From: Octopus bimaculoides
Lineage: Eukaryota
Assembly: GCF_001194135.2 (NCBI RefSeq)
Contig: NC_068984.1
Coordinates: 136,669,383 to 136,714,643, forward strand
Direction of reading: 5' to 3'
DNA length: 45,261 nucleotides
The notes under the pieces were generated by a model. The model ran no database searches. It was not told where the DNA came from and saw nothing but the letters and a program-made list of their open reading frames with translations. How positions within the stretch are numbered: position 1 is the stretch's first letter; each line of letters opens with the position of its first letter. A program made the translations under genes and the position numbers. Below are positions 11,590-23,489 of this stretch, piece by piece.

Positions 11590-13107
11590 CATATANNNNN
11601 NNNNNNNNNNNNNNNNNNNNNNNNNNNNNNNNNNNNNNNNNNNNNNNNNNNNNNNNNNNNNNNNNNNNNNNNNNNNNNNNNNNNNNNNNNNNNNNNNNNN
11701 NNNNNNNNNNNNNNNNNNNNNNNNNNNNNNNNNNNNNNNNNNNNNNNNNNNNNNNNNNNNNNNNNNNNNNNNNNNNNNNNNNNNNNNNNNNNNNNNNNNN
11801 NNNNNNNNNNNNNNNNNNNNNNNNNNNNNNNNNNNNNNNNNNNNNNNNNNNNNNNNNNNNNNNNNNNNNNNNNNNNNNNNNNNNNNNNNNNNNNNNNNNN
11901 NNNNNNNNNNNNNNNNNNNNNNNNNNNNNNNNNNNNNNNNNNNNNNNNNNNNNNNNNNNNNNNNNNNNNNNNNNNNNNNNNNNNNNNNNNNNNNNNNNNN
12001 NNNNNNNNNNNNNNNNNNNNNNNNNNNNNNNNNNNNNNNNNNNNNNNNNNNNNNNNNNNNNNNNNNNNNNNNNNNNNNNNNNNNNNNNNNNNNNNNNNNN
12101 NNNNNNNNNNNNNNNNNNNNNNNNNNNNNNNNNNNNNNNNNNNNNNNNNNNNNNNNNNNNNNNNNNNNNNNNNNNNNNNNNNNNNNNNNNNNNNNNNNNN
12201 NNNNNNNNNNNNNNNNNNNNNNNNNNNNNNNNNNNNNNNNNNNNNNNNNNNNNNNNNNNNNNNNNNNNNNNNNNNNNNNNNNNNNNNNNNNNNNNNNNNN
12301 NNNNNNNNNNNNNNNNNNNNNNNNNNNNNNNNNNNNNNNNNNNNNNNNNNNNNNNNNNNNNNNNNNNNNNNNNNNNATCAACAATTTTACTGTCAGTATC
12401 CTGTCTCGTTAACATTTTGCCTTGTCGGCGTTTTGTTTGGTCTGTATTTAACTGGCGGCATTTTTAGTGTCTGCACACGATGTGGCATAGTCTTGGCTAC
12501 TGGAGACTTTTTTTTACGAAAGTGGGGCAGCTCCAATTCCTAACAAACTAGATCAACGATGCTATGTCAAAAAACGGTAAATAACAATATCACAAGGAGA
12601 GGAAAAAGAAGATAATTCAAAGCGGCTCGAGGGCTATACGAAAAGGATTCTTCCATGGAAACACCTTTATTTTCTTTAATCTTCAACCTCGCTTTTGACT
12701 CATTAATAATTCTGCTAAATGAGATCACCAATAGTTACAGAAGCTACGAGAAAATATAAATCATCTTCTATTTCACAGACACACATGTACACACGCACAA
12801 ACACACTCATACACACACAGGTACACAAATATGTATGTATGTACGTATATCAATTCAGTTTATTACTTTCGACACTATTTTTTTGTGTAACTATAAGTTC
12901 TGTCTGCTTGGTTAATTTTCATATTACATTATTTTTATCTATTTCTGTATTTGAAAGCAGAGACGTGTTTGTTTTTGTTTTAGTGAGACAAAAGTTTTGT
13001 AATATTTTGGTAACTTTATTCGTCAAATTTCAACAAAAGCAGCCTAACATTCAAAGTAGAAGCCATCATGTTGCGCCCGTCTAAAACCACTTTTCTTATT
13101 TTTTACT

Positions 13108-13210
13108 GCCCAAAAGGAGCTTCACACAGAGGGGACAAGACAAGGACAGACAAAGACATTAAGTCGATTACATCGACCCCTTTGCGTAACTGGTACTTAT
13201 TTAATCGACT
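13108..13210 (-). mobile_element. SINE family A fragment with tail 2
   Basis: Matches 37430-37530 (agaggggaca...aagtcgattacatcgaccc...aactggtactt). Confidence 0.7.
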
Positions 13211-13389
13211 CTTAGAGCACCTATCACAACAGGAATTGTTTTAGTCTCAAGGTTCCACATCTTGCCAATTTCTATTTCAAGATATTTATACTTGCTCAGT
13301 TTTTGGTAGGTCTTGACAGATACATTTATGTTTTATCCTATACTGCTCATAATGCTTTAATGTAAATCTATTAATGTTGATAAAAAAAT

Positions 13390-13690
13390 CATTATTATTA
13401 TTATTGTTGTTGTTATTGTTGTTGTTATTATTATTTGTCTGGCATTTGCTTTGTATTTATACAAGTTGACTCCAAGTCTCACCCAGCGACCTCAAGAGAC
13501 AACAAGTCAGAAGTTCAAGTCGGTATTATGACAAGGGTGCCATATTTTTGGTTTTGCGCCGAGTATTGTTCTAGAGAGTGTCTGTCAAAACATAAGAAAA
13601 TTAAAAGTTTGCTTTAAAAGTAATTTGATGATAAGATAATAGTGTGATCTAAAGATGGCGATAAATGGTGTTTGCTATTATGTAAATTTA
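13390..13690 (-). mobile_element. Probable 3' end of a non-LTR element with (TAA)n tail
   Basis: Minus strand reads ...gaacttctgacttgttgtctcttgaggtcgctgggtgagacttggagtcaac...caaataataataat, resembling R4/Dong-type 3' UTRs. No clear coding motif. Confidence 0.45.
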
Positions 13691-13786
13691 TTATTGTTGT
13701 TGCTGTTGTCGTTGTTGCTACTGCTACTGCTGTTGTTATTGTCATTAATAATCAATAAACACAACAACAACAACAACAACAACAAC

Positions 13787-13820
<34 letters not shown>
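13690..13820. repeat. (TTG/CTA)n followed by (CAA)n(TAA)n microsatellite
   Basis: Seen directly. Confidence 0.95.
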
Positions 13821-13822
<2 letters not shown>

Positions 13823-14310
13823 GAGAAAGCAACCATACTATGGGATATCCCAATACACACAGATAGAGAAATTAAGGCCAATAGGCCAGATATAGTTGTC
13901 AGAGATCGTGAAGGAAAAAATGCTTTCTAATTGATGTATCAATACCAGCAGATGACAACTTTTCTCTAAAAGAAATGGAGAAACTTTCAAAATACAAAAA
14001 CCTGAAAATAGAGGTAATTCGAATGGGGAATCTAAAAACAGAAACAATTCCTATCATAGTGGGCGCATTAGGTATGATAAAAAAAAATATTCAGACAATT
14101 ACATAGCAAAAACACCAGGACTTACAAATATATATAACATACAGAAAATTGCACTACTGGGCACTGCACACATACTACGCAAAACACTTCCAATACAGTA
14201 ACCATAAGAGCATCACAGCAAACCACAGCACATACCCAAGGCACACAGAGCTGCGCTCGGTAGTTAAGTGAAAGCACGTTATAAAAATAAAACTACTGAA
14301 TAATAATAAT
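13821..14310 (+). mobile_element. 5'-truncated R4/Dong-clade non-LTR element: restriction-like endonuclease domain, 3' UTR, (TAA)n tail
   Basis: EKATILWDIPIHTDREIKANRPDIVVRD.../CFLIDVSIPADDN...KEMEKLSKY...IPIIVGALG.../IQKIALLGTAHILRKTL*; two frameshifts in A-runs; TAA repeats on both sides. Confidence 0.92.
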
Positions 14311-14525
14311 CCTTTCTACTATAGGCACAAGGCCTGAAATTTGGTGGGAGAGATATAGTCGATTAATTCTTCCCCAATGCTCGCCTGGTACTTCTTCAAT
14401 TCACCCATAAAATGCTAAGAGGTAGAGTTGACCTCTGCGGAATTTGAACTCGGAACGTAAAGACGGACGAAATATCGTTTTGCGATCCGCTCCGGGCGCG
14501 CTAACGATTCTACCACCTCGCCGCC
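14311..14525 (-). mobile_element. SINE family A copy
   Basis: cctttctactataggcacaaggcc...aatttgaactcggaacgtaaagacggacgaaat...ctaacgattctaccacctcgccgcc. Confidence 0.8.
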
Positions 14526-14534
14526 GTCGTATTG

Positions 14535-14676
14535 TTATTTATTGTTGTAATTGTTGTTGCTGCTGTTGTTGCTGTTGGTGTTGTAGTTATTATTATTATC
14601 ATTATTATTATTATTATTATTATTATTGTTATTATTATTATTATTATTATTGTTATTATTATTATTATTATTATTA

Positions 14677-14728
<52 letters not shown>

Positions 14729-14750
14729 CAACAACAACAATAATAATAAA
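14535..14750. repeat. (TTG)/(TTA)n followed by (TAA)n/(CAA)n, forming a quasi-palindrome
   Basis: Seen directly; centre near 14677. Confidence 0.95.
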
Positions 14751-15472
14751 CTAACGGAGCGGAAACAAACTAACGGATCGTCAGACCGATTCAGTCTATA
14801 TATAAACAAACTAACGAAGCGAAGCGTCTGAAAATGACGAAAAAAAAAACTGAAGGATAACTGTTTCGGTAATACACTGATTTACTTGTGATCTTTACCT
14901 CATATAATTAATGTATTAGAAATGTTCGTAGTGACCGGCTCTAGAATACCACGTGTAAACAAACGGAGGAAGTGGCAGACCGATTCATTCTAAGTATAAA
15001 CAAACTAAGGAAGCGAAGCGTCAGAAAATGTCGAGAAGACTAAAGATAACTATGTAAGTAATATTCTGATTTACTTTGAAATTTATTGGACGTTACTTCG
15101 TATATATAAGAAGATACGATTTGAAAAAGCCAAAATTAAAATATCAGAGATTGAAATAGAAATAGAATGCGTAAAGAAATAGAATGCATAACGAAAAAGT
15201 TAAATAACAGATAAGACACAAATATCGAAAATGAAAACATTGAGACTGTAAATCATAAAAGATGGTCTTAATGCGTACATTACAAATGAAATAAAGAATA
15301 CAAACCGCTTAATCTTCTGAACATCTGCTAAATAATGACCAACAAAATGTGAACTAGAAGTTTACAAGAATANNNNNNNNNNNNNNNNNNNNNNNNNNNN
15401 NNNNNNNNNNNNNNNNNNNNNNNNNNNNNNNNNNNNNNNNNNNNNNNNNNNNNNNNNNNNNNNNNNNNNNNN

Positions 15473-15830
15473 ATGATGAATGTGATGATGGTTGTGACGG
15501 TGATGATGATGACAATGATAGTGGTGGTAGCGATGACGATGGTGGTGGTGGTGATAGTGGTGATGGTGGTGGTGGTGATGGTGGTGGTGATGATGATGAT
15601 GGTGATGATGATGGTGATGACGAGGAGTAGGAAGGGGAGAAGGAAAAGAAGGATGAGAGATGATGACAATGATAGTAGTGATGGTGGTGATGATGATGGT
15701 GGTGGTAGTGTGGTGGGGTGGATGATCATGATAATGATAATGATGATGATGAAGAGGAGGAGGAAGAAGAAGGGGAAGCTGATAGTGATGATGATGATGA
15801 TGATGATGATGATAATTGACGTCATTATCA
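15473..15830. repeat. Compound (GAT)/(GGT)/(GGA) microsatellite
   Basis: Seen directly. Confidence 0.95.
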
Positions 15831-16577
15831 CTATCCTCCAGTCATATTTCGACGTATTTACGAATATATTGTCATTCCTTAGTCATACGTCTAAATAATC
15901 GGCCATTCACGTTGTGGATTATTCAAACGACTGAAGACGAAAAATTACCATGACAACTTATATTGGAAATATATTCGTAAACACATGGAAACATGATTAT
16001 TTATCGAAACGTGACTCGATACCAAACCACGTTAAAAACAAAAAAGAAACATCACATATTTATTCATTCAATTGCCATACACAGAACATATGATGTATTC
16101 AGCTTCACCTATTTATATACAGCCAAAAAGAATAAATAAATAAAACGTGCGTGAGTTTCATGTCGTTAGTATACTTATAAAACAAGAGAGCAGAGAAGTT
16201 GACTATTGTTAACATAGTTTTCCTGGTGGATAACACTGTTTTTCAATATATGATCATCTTTCAGGATATGGCGAATTTATTAAATGGAAAACGAACTATT
16301 TTATTCAATCGTTATTTGGAAATACTGATTGTCGTCTATCGAAGAATTCGACGGTTCTAATAATATTGTGTTCAGAATTACAAGTGGCTCTGATAGGATG
16401 TTGTACTACTCTGAAAGAGAAAGATCACATCTTTGGAAGCCACTTGTGCGGGAAGACACGTGTTTCATAATGGATATTAATCGATTTTATAATTGTTAAT
16501 ATTTTCATCCTTTCAGCTCCAAGAATATTTGGAGTGTGAGGTGGAGAGGCATCCTTCTAATTGTCTGAACGTGTGGG

Positions 16578-16611
<34 letters not shown>

Positions 16612-16996
16612 TATNNNNNNNNNNNNNNNNNNNNNNNNNNNNNNNNNNNNNNNNNNNNNNNNNNNNNNNNNNNNNNNNNNNNNNNNNNNNNNNNNNNNNN
16701 NNNNNNNNNNNNNNNNNNNNNNNNNNNNNNNNNNNNNNNNNNNNNNNNNNNNNNNNNNNNNNNNNNNNNNNNNNNNNNNNNNNNNNNNNNNNNNNNNNNN
16801 NNNNNNNNNNNNNNNNNNNNNNNNNNNNNNNNNNNNNNNNNNNNNNNNNNNNNNNNNNNNNNNNNNNNNNNNNNNNNNNNNNNNNNNNNNNNNNNNNNNN
16901 NNNNNNNNNNNNNNNNNNNNNNNNNNNNNNNNNNNNNNNNNNNNNNNNNNNNNNNNNNNNNNNNNNNNNNNNNNNNNNNNNNNNNNNNNNNNNNNN

Positions 16997-17053
<57 letters not shown>

Positions 17054-17345
17054 TTTCCTATATATTAACTGACCATTCTAAATCAAGCCAACACCAAATG
17101 GATACGCTTCACTGAGGAGATCAACAACGTCAAACTGTTTCCGTTGCCTTGAAAAGTAGGCTAGAAAGACAAGATCTACTCCTAAATGCTTGGCCTTATT
17201 TTTCCAAAAACTTGAAGCAGTTTATAGAGTAGAAGTTACCCTCTTAACTGTTGTATACTTGAACTCACATACACACCAAGGAGGTTTATTTTCAAATTGC
17301 TGATATAATCAGAGTTGACTGAAGTTTCTCCACTCACTATACTGC

Positions 17346-17615
17346 TGTGATGAGATTTACGACGCTCCCTTGCGAGAGATAGACTGGTCCAAGTAAAGTA
17401 TAAATAGTAACGATCTGTGCGACTTCGAGGTTGATTGCTCAGAGTTCAAAATCGAGTGAAGTTCGTGTTAGTTCGCAGTGAAGTCGGGAGGTGTCGGTTG
17501 GTTAGTTCACAAGGAATATTAATTGTTGGTTCGTAAAGAGATTTGTTAGTTCGTAACATTGTTTTTACTGTCGTCTGGTCATCCTATTTATTGTACGTAA
17601 TAGAATTGCATTACA
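17346..17615 (+). repeat. 5' LTR of a Ty3/gypsy element (270 bp)
   Basis: Termini TGTGATG...CATTACA (inverted, 6/7); TATAAATA at ~17399; PBS-like TGGCGACCAGG five bases downstream (17621). Confidence 0.7.
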
Positions 17616-17620
17616 ATATC

Positions 17621-17633
17621 TGGCGACCAGGGT
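17621..17633 (+). other. Primer-binding site (tRNA-Ser(GCU)- or tRNA-Arg-like)
   Basis: TGGCGACCAGGGT between the LTR end and the gag ATG. The tRNA identity is ambiguous. Confidence 0.6.
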
Positions 17634-17688
17634 TTCGAAGCTCACGTATGTTATTTAACACTTTGTTCGTGATACAGCTTGTTAAATA

Positions 17689-19230
17689 ATGGAAGACCTA
17701 TTAGCTTCCATTGCACAGTTGCAAAAGCAACAACAAGAGCAGCAACATGAGTTACAGAAGCAACTACAGCAACAACTACAACAATAACAATTATTGGAGC
17801 TACATTTAAAGAAGTCCAAAAATTAGGCAAGTTTGTTTACGTCAGACGACGTTTCGAACTCGATAAATGAATTCAGTTATAACCCAGAGGAGGGCATAAC
17901 TTTTGCATCGTACTACAGAAGGCACGTGGATATTTTTAAGCAAGATTGCAAAACATGGTCAGACGAACAAAAAGTGAGATTATTGTGAAAATTAGCTCCG
18001 TTAGAGCATGAACGTTACTGTAATTTCATATTCCCCACACACCAAAAAAAAAAAAATTAAACTTATTTTAAAGAAACAATAGAATTAGTGTCTAACATAT
18101 TCGGTGATAAAAATTCTCTATTTAACACTCGAATTTGTGTTGGAATATAACATAAAAGGAGAATGATTTTATCACATACGTGGGAACAGTCAACAAGATG
18201 TGTGAAAGTTTTAAACTCAAAGAACTTACACCTGATATGTTCAAGTGTCTTATTTTCGTACAAGGTCTTACAGCAAGCAAAGGTACAGAAATTCGGGAAA
18301 GAATTCTTTCTAAATTGGAACAAGCGAACCAAAATCTAATCTTACAATCCGTGGCAGAATATCAAAGGATAGTAAACCTGAAACACGATGTAGAAAGAAT
18401 TCAAGAAAAGGATTCCTCAAAAATACAGATATGTCGACCGGAGAAGTACAACCAAAAAAAGAGCACCACGTCCTAATCTATGTTATGGATGTGGGGACAT
18501 TCATTTCAGAAAAGACTGTCCAATTAAAAATAAAAAATGTTACAATTGCAAAAGAATAGGTCACAAGAGTTCACACTGAAGGTCAAACGTTAATGATCCT
18601 AGGGTGCTTTCAGCAGAAACAGAAACATACTCCCAAATAAGAAAAATTCGTTCATGTAAAAATAAATGGAATACATATTAAACTTCAATTGGATTCTGGA
18701 AGTGATATTTCAATAATAAATATGGACGCATGGAAAAAATAGATAAACTTTTGTTGAGGAAAAACAGCGAAATCTACTCGTAGCGTGACAGGCGACAAAT
18801 TACATTTCATAGGCGAAATATGGGCTAATGTCACATTTCAAGGGAAAACATGCAAAGCGAGAGTCTTCGTCATTAAAAATGCGACCGATCTGTTTGGTAC
18901 CGATTGGTTAGAATTATTCGATTTATGGGACCGCCCCATAAATCTCTACTGCAAAAACGTAAATGATTGTCCTTCTAAAATAAGAGTTAGAAAGAGAAAT
19001 TTTTTTTAATGTTTCTGCAAGTACTCTTTGACAAACTAGGTCTATGCACGGAGACTGAGAGCCCACGGTACAGGATACATATCGACTAGGTTGGACCAGT
19101 GAACGGCGCATACTACCTAATCGTTGTGGATAGCTATAAAAAAAAATGACCAGGGGTATGCAAATGTAATTAACCCACAGCAAAGACAACAATAAAGTTC
19201 CTACTCGAGCTATTTGTTCAATACACATAC
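17689..19230 (+). mobile_element. Decayed Ty3/gypsy gag-protease-(RT/RNase H deleted)-integrase stub
   Basis: SNSINEFSYNPEEGITFASYYRR...WSDEQKVRLL; ELTPDMFKCLIFVQGL; twin knuckles CYGCGDIHFRKDC and CYNCKRIGH (18481-18570); protease LDSGSD (18689-18706); then KLGLCTE joined at ~19060 directly to RIHID*VGPVNGAYYLIVVDSY. Many stops and frameshifts. Confidence 0.92.
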
Positions 19231-19239
19231 ATGACTAAG

Positions 19240-19795
19240 ATGGATACGGGCATGGCGAATACTAAGCAGGATCACATTTTGGTTTATTGAAATTATGTCC
19301 CTGTCTATGTGGGGAAATGATTATGCAACTCTAAATAAGATTGGAAGAGAGAGATCTATAATGTGATATACGTAAGGAAAATCCTGGAGGAGCATGTTCC
19401 AAAATTCAGCGTTACGGAGAATGAATTTTAATGCACGGACTGGTAGATATTGTCAGCTTCCAAATATGCCTACTTCGAAATTACGAGCAAAATCATTCTA
19501 TTGTACCAGTCTGATATTTAGAGGTCCTCAACTGTTCGACTTCTTACATAAGGAAATCAAAACTGTAAAAGGGGGCTTCTACTAAAACAGTCCAAAACGC
19601 ATTGGATAAACTCATAACGCTGATACCGAACCAGCCATAATTCAAGCGTACACTCCGGGAAGATCAACTGCTACAAACTTAATCATAGAACTAATTTGCA
19701 ACCATAAAGAGACAACAAAACTGAAAGAAAACAAATAAAGGTGCTGCTCTAACATGGCCGCTGTACTACAACTGAAACCATTAAAAGAATAAAGA
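19240..19795 (+). mobile_element. 3' fragment of a CR1/L2-group LINE including 3' UTR
   Basis: IYVRKILEEHVPKF.../NARTGRYCQLP...FYCTSLIFRGPQLFDFL.../LDKLITLIPNQP, typical of the post-RT C-terminus of this group, followed by a tail homologous to SINE family B. Confidence 0.75.
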
Positions 19796-20353
19796 AGAAA
19801 CGTCGCTAGGCATTTTGTCCAACTAACTAATGATTCCGCCATCTCGCCGCCTTAGACCAGCTTATCTCAGTAATAAAAAGCACATTTAATCGTTTATTTT
19901 CTTTTGTATATTTCTGTTGATTTGATAATTGTTTTGGTTTCTGTTTTCGTTTTATCTCGTTTTGTTTTTGCTATATGTCATTTCCTGAATCTACCGATTC
20001 TTCTTCAAATAAATACAAACGAGTTGTCATACAGACATGTTGAATTTATATAACTTGTCTCTTTTGAAGAATCAACAAACACCAGAGACATTGAGTAGAA
20101 ATAACTTGTATGTTATAAATATTTTATTTTACAAGTAGATACATTATTATTTTTCTCCTCTTTCTCTCCACAACTAATCCAATTTATATGTTACACAGAG
20201 ATTAGTTTTGTTTTTTTTTCTTATTGTTTTTTTATGAGGCCTATAAATCTGTAATACTGTCAGCCGCTGCAGAATGCCTTAATTACGTTACATTGTTCAA
20301 GTAAAACATTTTTCATATCGCGCCATATTTTAGAAATCGTTTACCAATAGTCA

Positions 20354-20556
20354 TAATAATCCTTTCAAACATAAACACAAGGCCTGAAATTTGGAGGGAC
20401 GGTGGGGGCTTATTGATTACACCGAACTTAGCGGTTAACTGGTGAGGACGAAAGGTGAAGACGATCTAGGCAGGATTTGAACTTGTAACGTAAAACCGAA
20501 TGAAATGTAGCTTACAATTTTGTCCGGTGCAAGAACGATTCTACCAGTTCGCTGCC
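20354..20556 (-). mobile_element. Old, internally deleted SINE family A copy
   Basis: taataatcctttc...cacaaggcctgaaattt...gatttgaact...aacgattctaccagttcgctgcc. Confidence 0.65.
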
Positions 20557-20562
20557 TTGTAA

Positions 20563-20770
20563 TTTTTTTTATGCGCCCTTTTAAAGCCCCTAGCCAGGCT
20601 CATGGGCCCGGTTTCCCGGTTTCTATGGCGTATGTGTCCCCCCACACACACACACACACAGCTGGACGGGACGCCAGTCCATCGCAGCGTTACTCAAGAA
20701 GCAGGAAGAAAGAGAGAGAGAAAAATGGGGCAAAAGAGCACAACAGGGGGTCACCCACCCCCCACCCCCT
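20563..20770 (-). mobile_element. SINE family C fragment with tail B
   Basis: ggtttctatggcgtatgtg...gctggacgggacgccagtccatcgcagcgttactcaagaa matches 2520-2590. Confidence 0.7.
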
Positions 20771-20879
20771 GAGGGGTCTGCTTGCATATACGTCGGTCTG
20801 CTTGCATGTATAGCTAGATAGATAAGTGCGTGTGCGTATGTGTGTGTGTCTGTGTCTGCAAATATAAATGCATAGAGAT

Positions 20880-20972
20880 TTGTAGATTAGTTTGTATAGA
20901 GACTTTTATATATATGTGTATGTATGTATGTATGTATGTTTGTGTAGACAGACAGACATAGTTAGAGATAGG

Positions 20973-21020
<48 letters not shown>

Positions 21021-21265
21021 CGGACGGACGAACAGACAGATAGATAGATAGATATGTAAGTAGGTAGGCATATTCGTATGAATGTATGTATATGGAGGTG
21101 TGGATTTACATATGTATGTATGCGTACGTTTACATGCATTTATGTGTGTATGTATGTACGTATGTATGTATGTATGTATGTATGTGCGTATAAATGTATG
21201 CATGTATGTATGTATCTATGTATGTATATATGTGCGTGAGTGTGTGTATGTATGTACATAAGTAC
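20880..21265. repeat. (TATG)n/(TAGA)n tetranucleotide microsatellites
   Basis: Seen directly. Confidence 0.95.
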
Positions 21266-22053
21266 GTATGAACCAATTCAACCGAAAACCTCTTCTTGCC
21301 ACACTATATTGTCTGTTCTGTTGATTTCACTTACCATTATCAAGGAACCAAACAATTCAGCCTTGCTTACACAGTTCTGTTAGTAAAAGTTCCTGCCATC
21401 ATATTTCATTTGTTAATGGAAATCTATTCCGTAGTGGTAAGTATGGAAGAACAGATAGATCAATAAAAGTGAATCTCTTTTCAAATGACAAGGTTGAGAG
21501 GAGGGGGAAGGTATATCTTTTTATTTCGGGGTTTGTTTTGCTTTGCTTTGTTTTGTTTTTTTATGACAGCTTTCGTTTTAATCATTTATGATCTGGAAAG
21601 GTAATGATTTTTAAATGTCTATCGAGTTGGCAATTTTTCACAAGCACTTCAGAGAGGAGCCGACAAGCGAGAGAGAGAGAGTGTGTTGGTGGGTAGAGAG
21701 ATGATGGAACAACTGATGTTAGTTAAAACGGCGGAACAAAATCTGCATTGAGAACAGAGGGCGAGATATTCGTTCTAATTATTTGAATTTTCGCCAAAAT
21801 CACCACCTTCGCTCCATGGTGATGGGTGCGCTACAGGTGACAGAGAAATAAGTAAATGCTTACAAGGGCTCTCTATAAACTGCCAGTCGGTCGGTTTGAT
21901 AATCGATAGCAATTGTATTGAAGATATTGGGTTAGCCTTATTCTAGTCGTGTGACATATATTTGAACAAAATCTGCGTACATTCTTCTTGAAGTCAACTT
22001 ATGATCGGAGACATTCATTACGGCTGAGAGCTTCCAAACGGATAAACACATGT

Positions 22054-22386
22054 AGGCGCAGGAGTGGCCGTATGGATAAGAGGTTTGCTTCCGAACTACA
22101 TGGTTCCGGGTTCAGTCCCACTGCGTTGTCACCTTGGGCAAGTATCTTGTAATATGGTCTCGGGTAGACCAAAGCCTTGTGAGTGGATTTCGTAGACGGA
22201 AACTGTAAGAAGCCCGTCGTGTAGGCGCAGGAGTGATTGTGTGGTAAGTAGCTTGCTTACCAACCACATGGTTCCGGGTTCAGTCCCACTGCGTGGCACC
22301 TTGGGCAACTGTCTTCTACTATGACCTCAGGCAGACCAAAGTCTTGTGAGTGGATTTGGTAGACAGAAACTGAAAGAAGCCCGTCG

Positions 22387-22414
<28 letters not shown>
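22054..22414 (+). mobile_element. Two tandem SINE family B 5' halves followed by (TA)n
   Basis: aggcgcaggagtgg...aagcccgtcgt occurs at 22054-22220 and again at 22223-22387. Confidence 0.9.
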
Positions 22415-22419
<5 letters not shown>

Positions 22420-23489
22420 TTGCTTAAAAGAGTTCCAACACTGTTTGTTTTTTATGTTTTATTTATATTCCTGCAGAACTAATGTGGGGTATAGAATATG
22501 GAATATACAATATATAATATGATATACAATATACAATNNNNNNNNNNNNNNNNNNNNNNNNNNNNNNNNNNNNNNNNNNNNNNNNNNNNNNNNNNNNNNN
22601 NNNNNNNNNNNNNNNNNNNNNNNNNNNNNNNNNNNNNNNNNNNNNNNNNNNNNNNNNNNNNNNNNNNNNNNNNNNNNNNNNNNNNNNNNNNNNNNNNNNN
22701 NNNNNNNNNNNNNNNNNNNNNNNNNNNNNNNNNNNNNNNNNNNNNNNNNNNNNNNNNNNNNNNNNNNNNNNNNNNNNNNNNNNNNNNNNNNNNNNNNNNN
22801 NNNNNNNNNNNNNNNNNNNNNNNNNNNNNNNNNNNNNNNNNNNNNNNNNNNNNNNNNNNNNNNNNNNNNNNNNNNNNNNNNNNNNNNNNNNNNNNNNNNN
22901 NNNNNNNNNNNNNNNNNNNNNNNNNNNNNNNNNNNNNNNNNNNNNNNNNNNNNNNNNNNNNNNNNNNNNNNNNNNNNNNNNNNNNNNNNNNNNNNNNNNN
23001 NNNNNNNNNNNNNNNNNNNNNNNNNNNNNNNNNNNNNNNNNNNNNNNNNNNNNNNNNNNNNNNNNNNNNNNNNNNNNNNNNNNNNNNNNNNNNNNNNNNN
23101 NNNNNNNNNNNNNNNNNNNNNNNNNNNNNNNNNNNNNNNNNNNNNNNNNNNNNNNNNNNNNNNNNNNNNNNNNNNNNNNNNNNNNNNNNNNNNNNNNNNN
23201 NNNNNNNNNNNNNNNNNNNNNNNNNNNNNNNNNNNNNNNNNNNNNNNNNNNNNNNNNNNNNNNNNNNNNNNNNNNNNNNNNNNNNNNNNNNNNNNNNNNN
23301 NNNNNNNNNNNNNNNNNNNNNNNNNNNNNNNNNNNNNNNNNNNNNNNNNNNNNNNNCCTTGAAGACGCTGCTCCAGCATGGTCGCATTTTAACAACTAAA
23401 ACAAGGCTAAAGACAGATAGAATACTAAAATACAGAGAGAACGGAATAAAGAATTCAAAACAAACAAAAAGCGGTTACGTAACAGGCTA

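Noticed and set aside
17105-17145. CTGAGGAGATC...GTCAAAC
   Set aside because: Lacks the G of GAAA and stem I.
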